From the NCBI GenBank assembly GCA_043228905.1, contig JBHGNT010000022.1:7936001-8000000 (forward strand): DNA of 64,000 nucleotides. Direction: 5' to 3'. This stretch comes from Azolla caroliniana (lineage: Eukaryota; Plantae; Polypodiophyta). The translations under genes were made by a program, and so were the position numbers. The notes below the pieces were generated by a model. It made no database searches and was not told the DNA's origin. It was given only the letters and a program-made list of their open reading frames with translations. Below are positions 63,746 to 64,000 of this stretch, in pieces. Each line of letters begins with the position of its first letter. Positions within the stretch are counted from its first letter, which is position 1.

Positions 63746-64000
63746 TTTCTATTGTACGCCGAAGCACTCCCTTGCTTTCTCAACTCATAGCATCTCAACC
63801 TACGTGGTCTTCCCATCCTGCAATCTCATCAAAGCACTTGGATATAGAATTTGCAGATGACACAGCGGTTTACTTGCAAGGGGACTTGGCAAACCTACAA
63901 AAGCTCGAAAGTGGGTTAGTCGTGTTTTGCAAGAGATCCAATGCCATGATCAATTGGCACAAATCTTGTACAATATGGTTTTCTTATGAAACACATCCTG
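63746..64000 (+). mobile_element. 5'-truncated LINE RT fragment running off the window
   Basis: EFADDTAVYLQGDLANLQKLESGLVVFCKRSNAMINWHKS. Confidence 0.85.

Overview
Eukaryotic, transposon-saturated plant DNA, most consistent with a non-seed land plant such as a fern or lycophyte (inferred from element types and gene style, not proven). About 85% is nested mobile DNA: several Ty3/gypsy elements (one young chromovirus with near-identical LTRs, two related elements primed by tRNA-Trp), one Ty1/copia element, three L1-type LINE pieces and a tRNA-derived SINE. The only clear host gene is a disrupted UDP-glycosyltransferase (29242-30785). The standout is an 8.66-kb DNA transposon at 31956-40617 with 36-bp TIRs and an ATTT target duplication, inserted in a LINE whose reading frame is restored on its removal. 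It encodes a Sola-like DDD transposase and, divergently, a spliced gene with a ParB-like domain followed by the C-terminal part of a bacterial-type N4C/N6A DNA methyltransferase. An array of ~25-bp palindromes lies in the first intron of that gene. Coordinates were counted by eye, and no family assignment was checked against a database.
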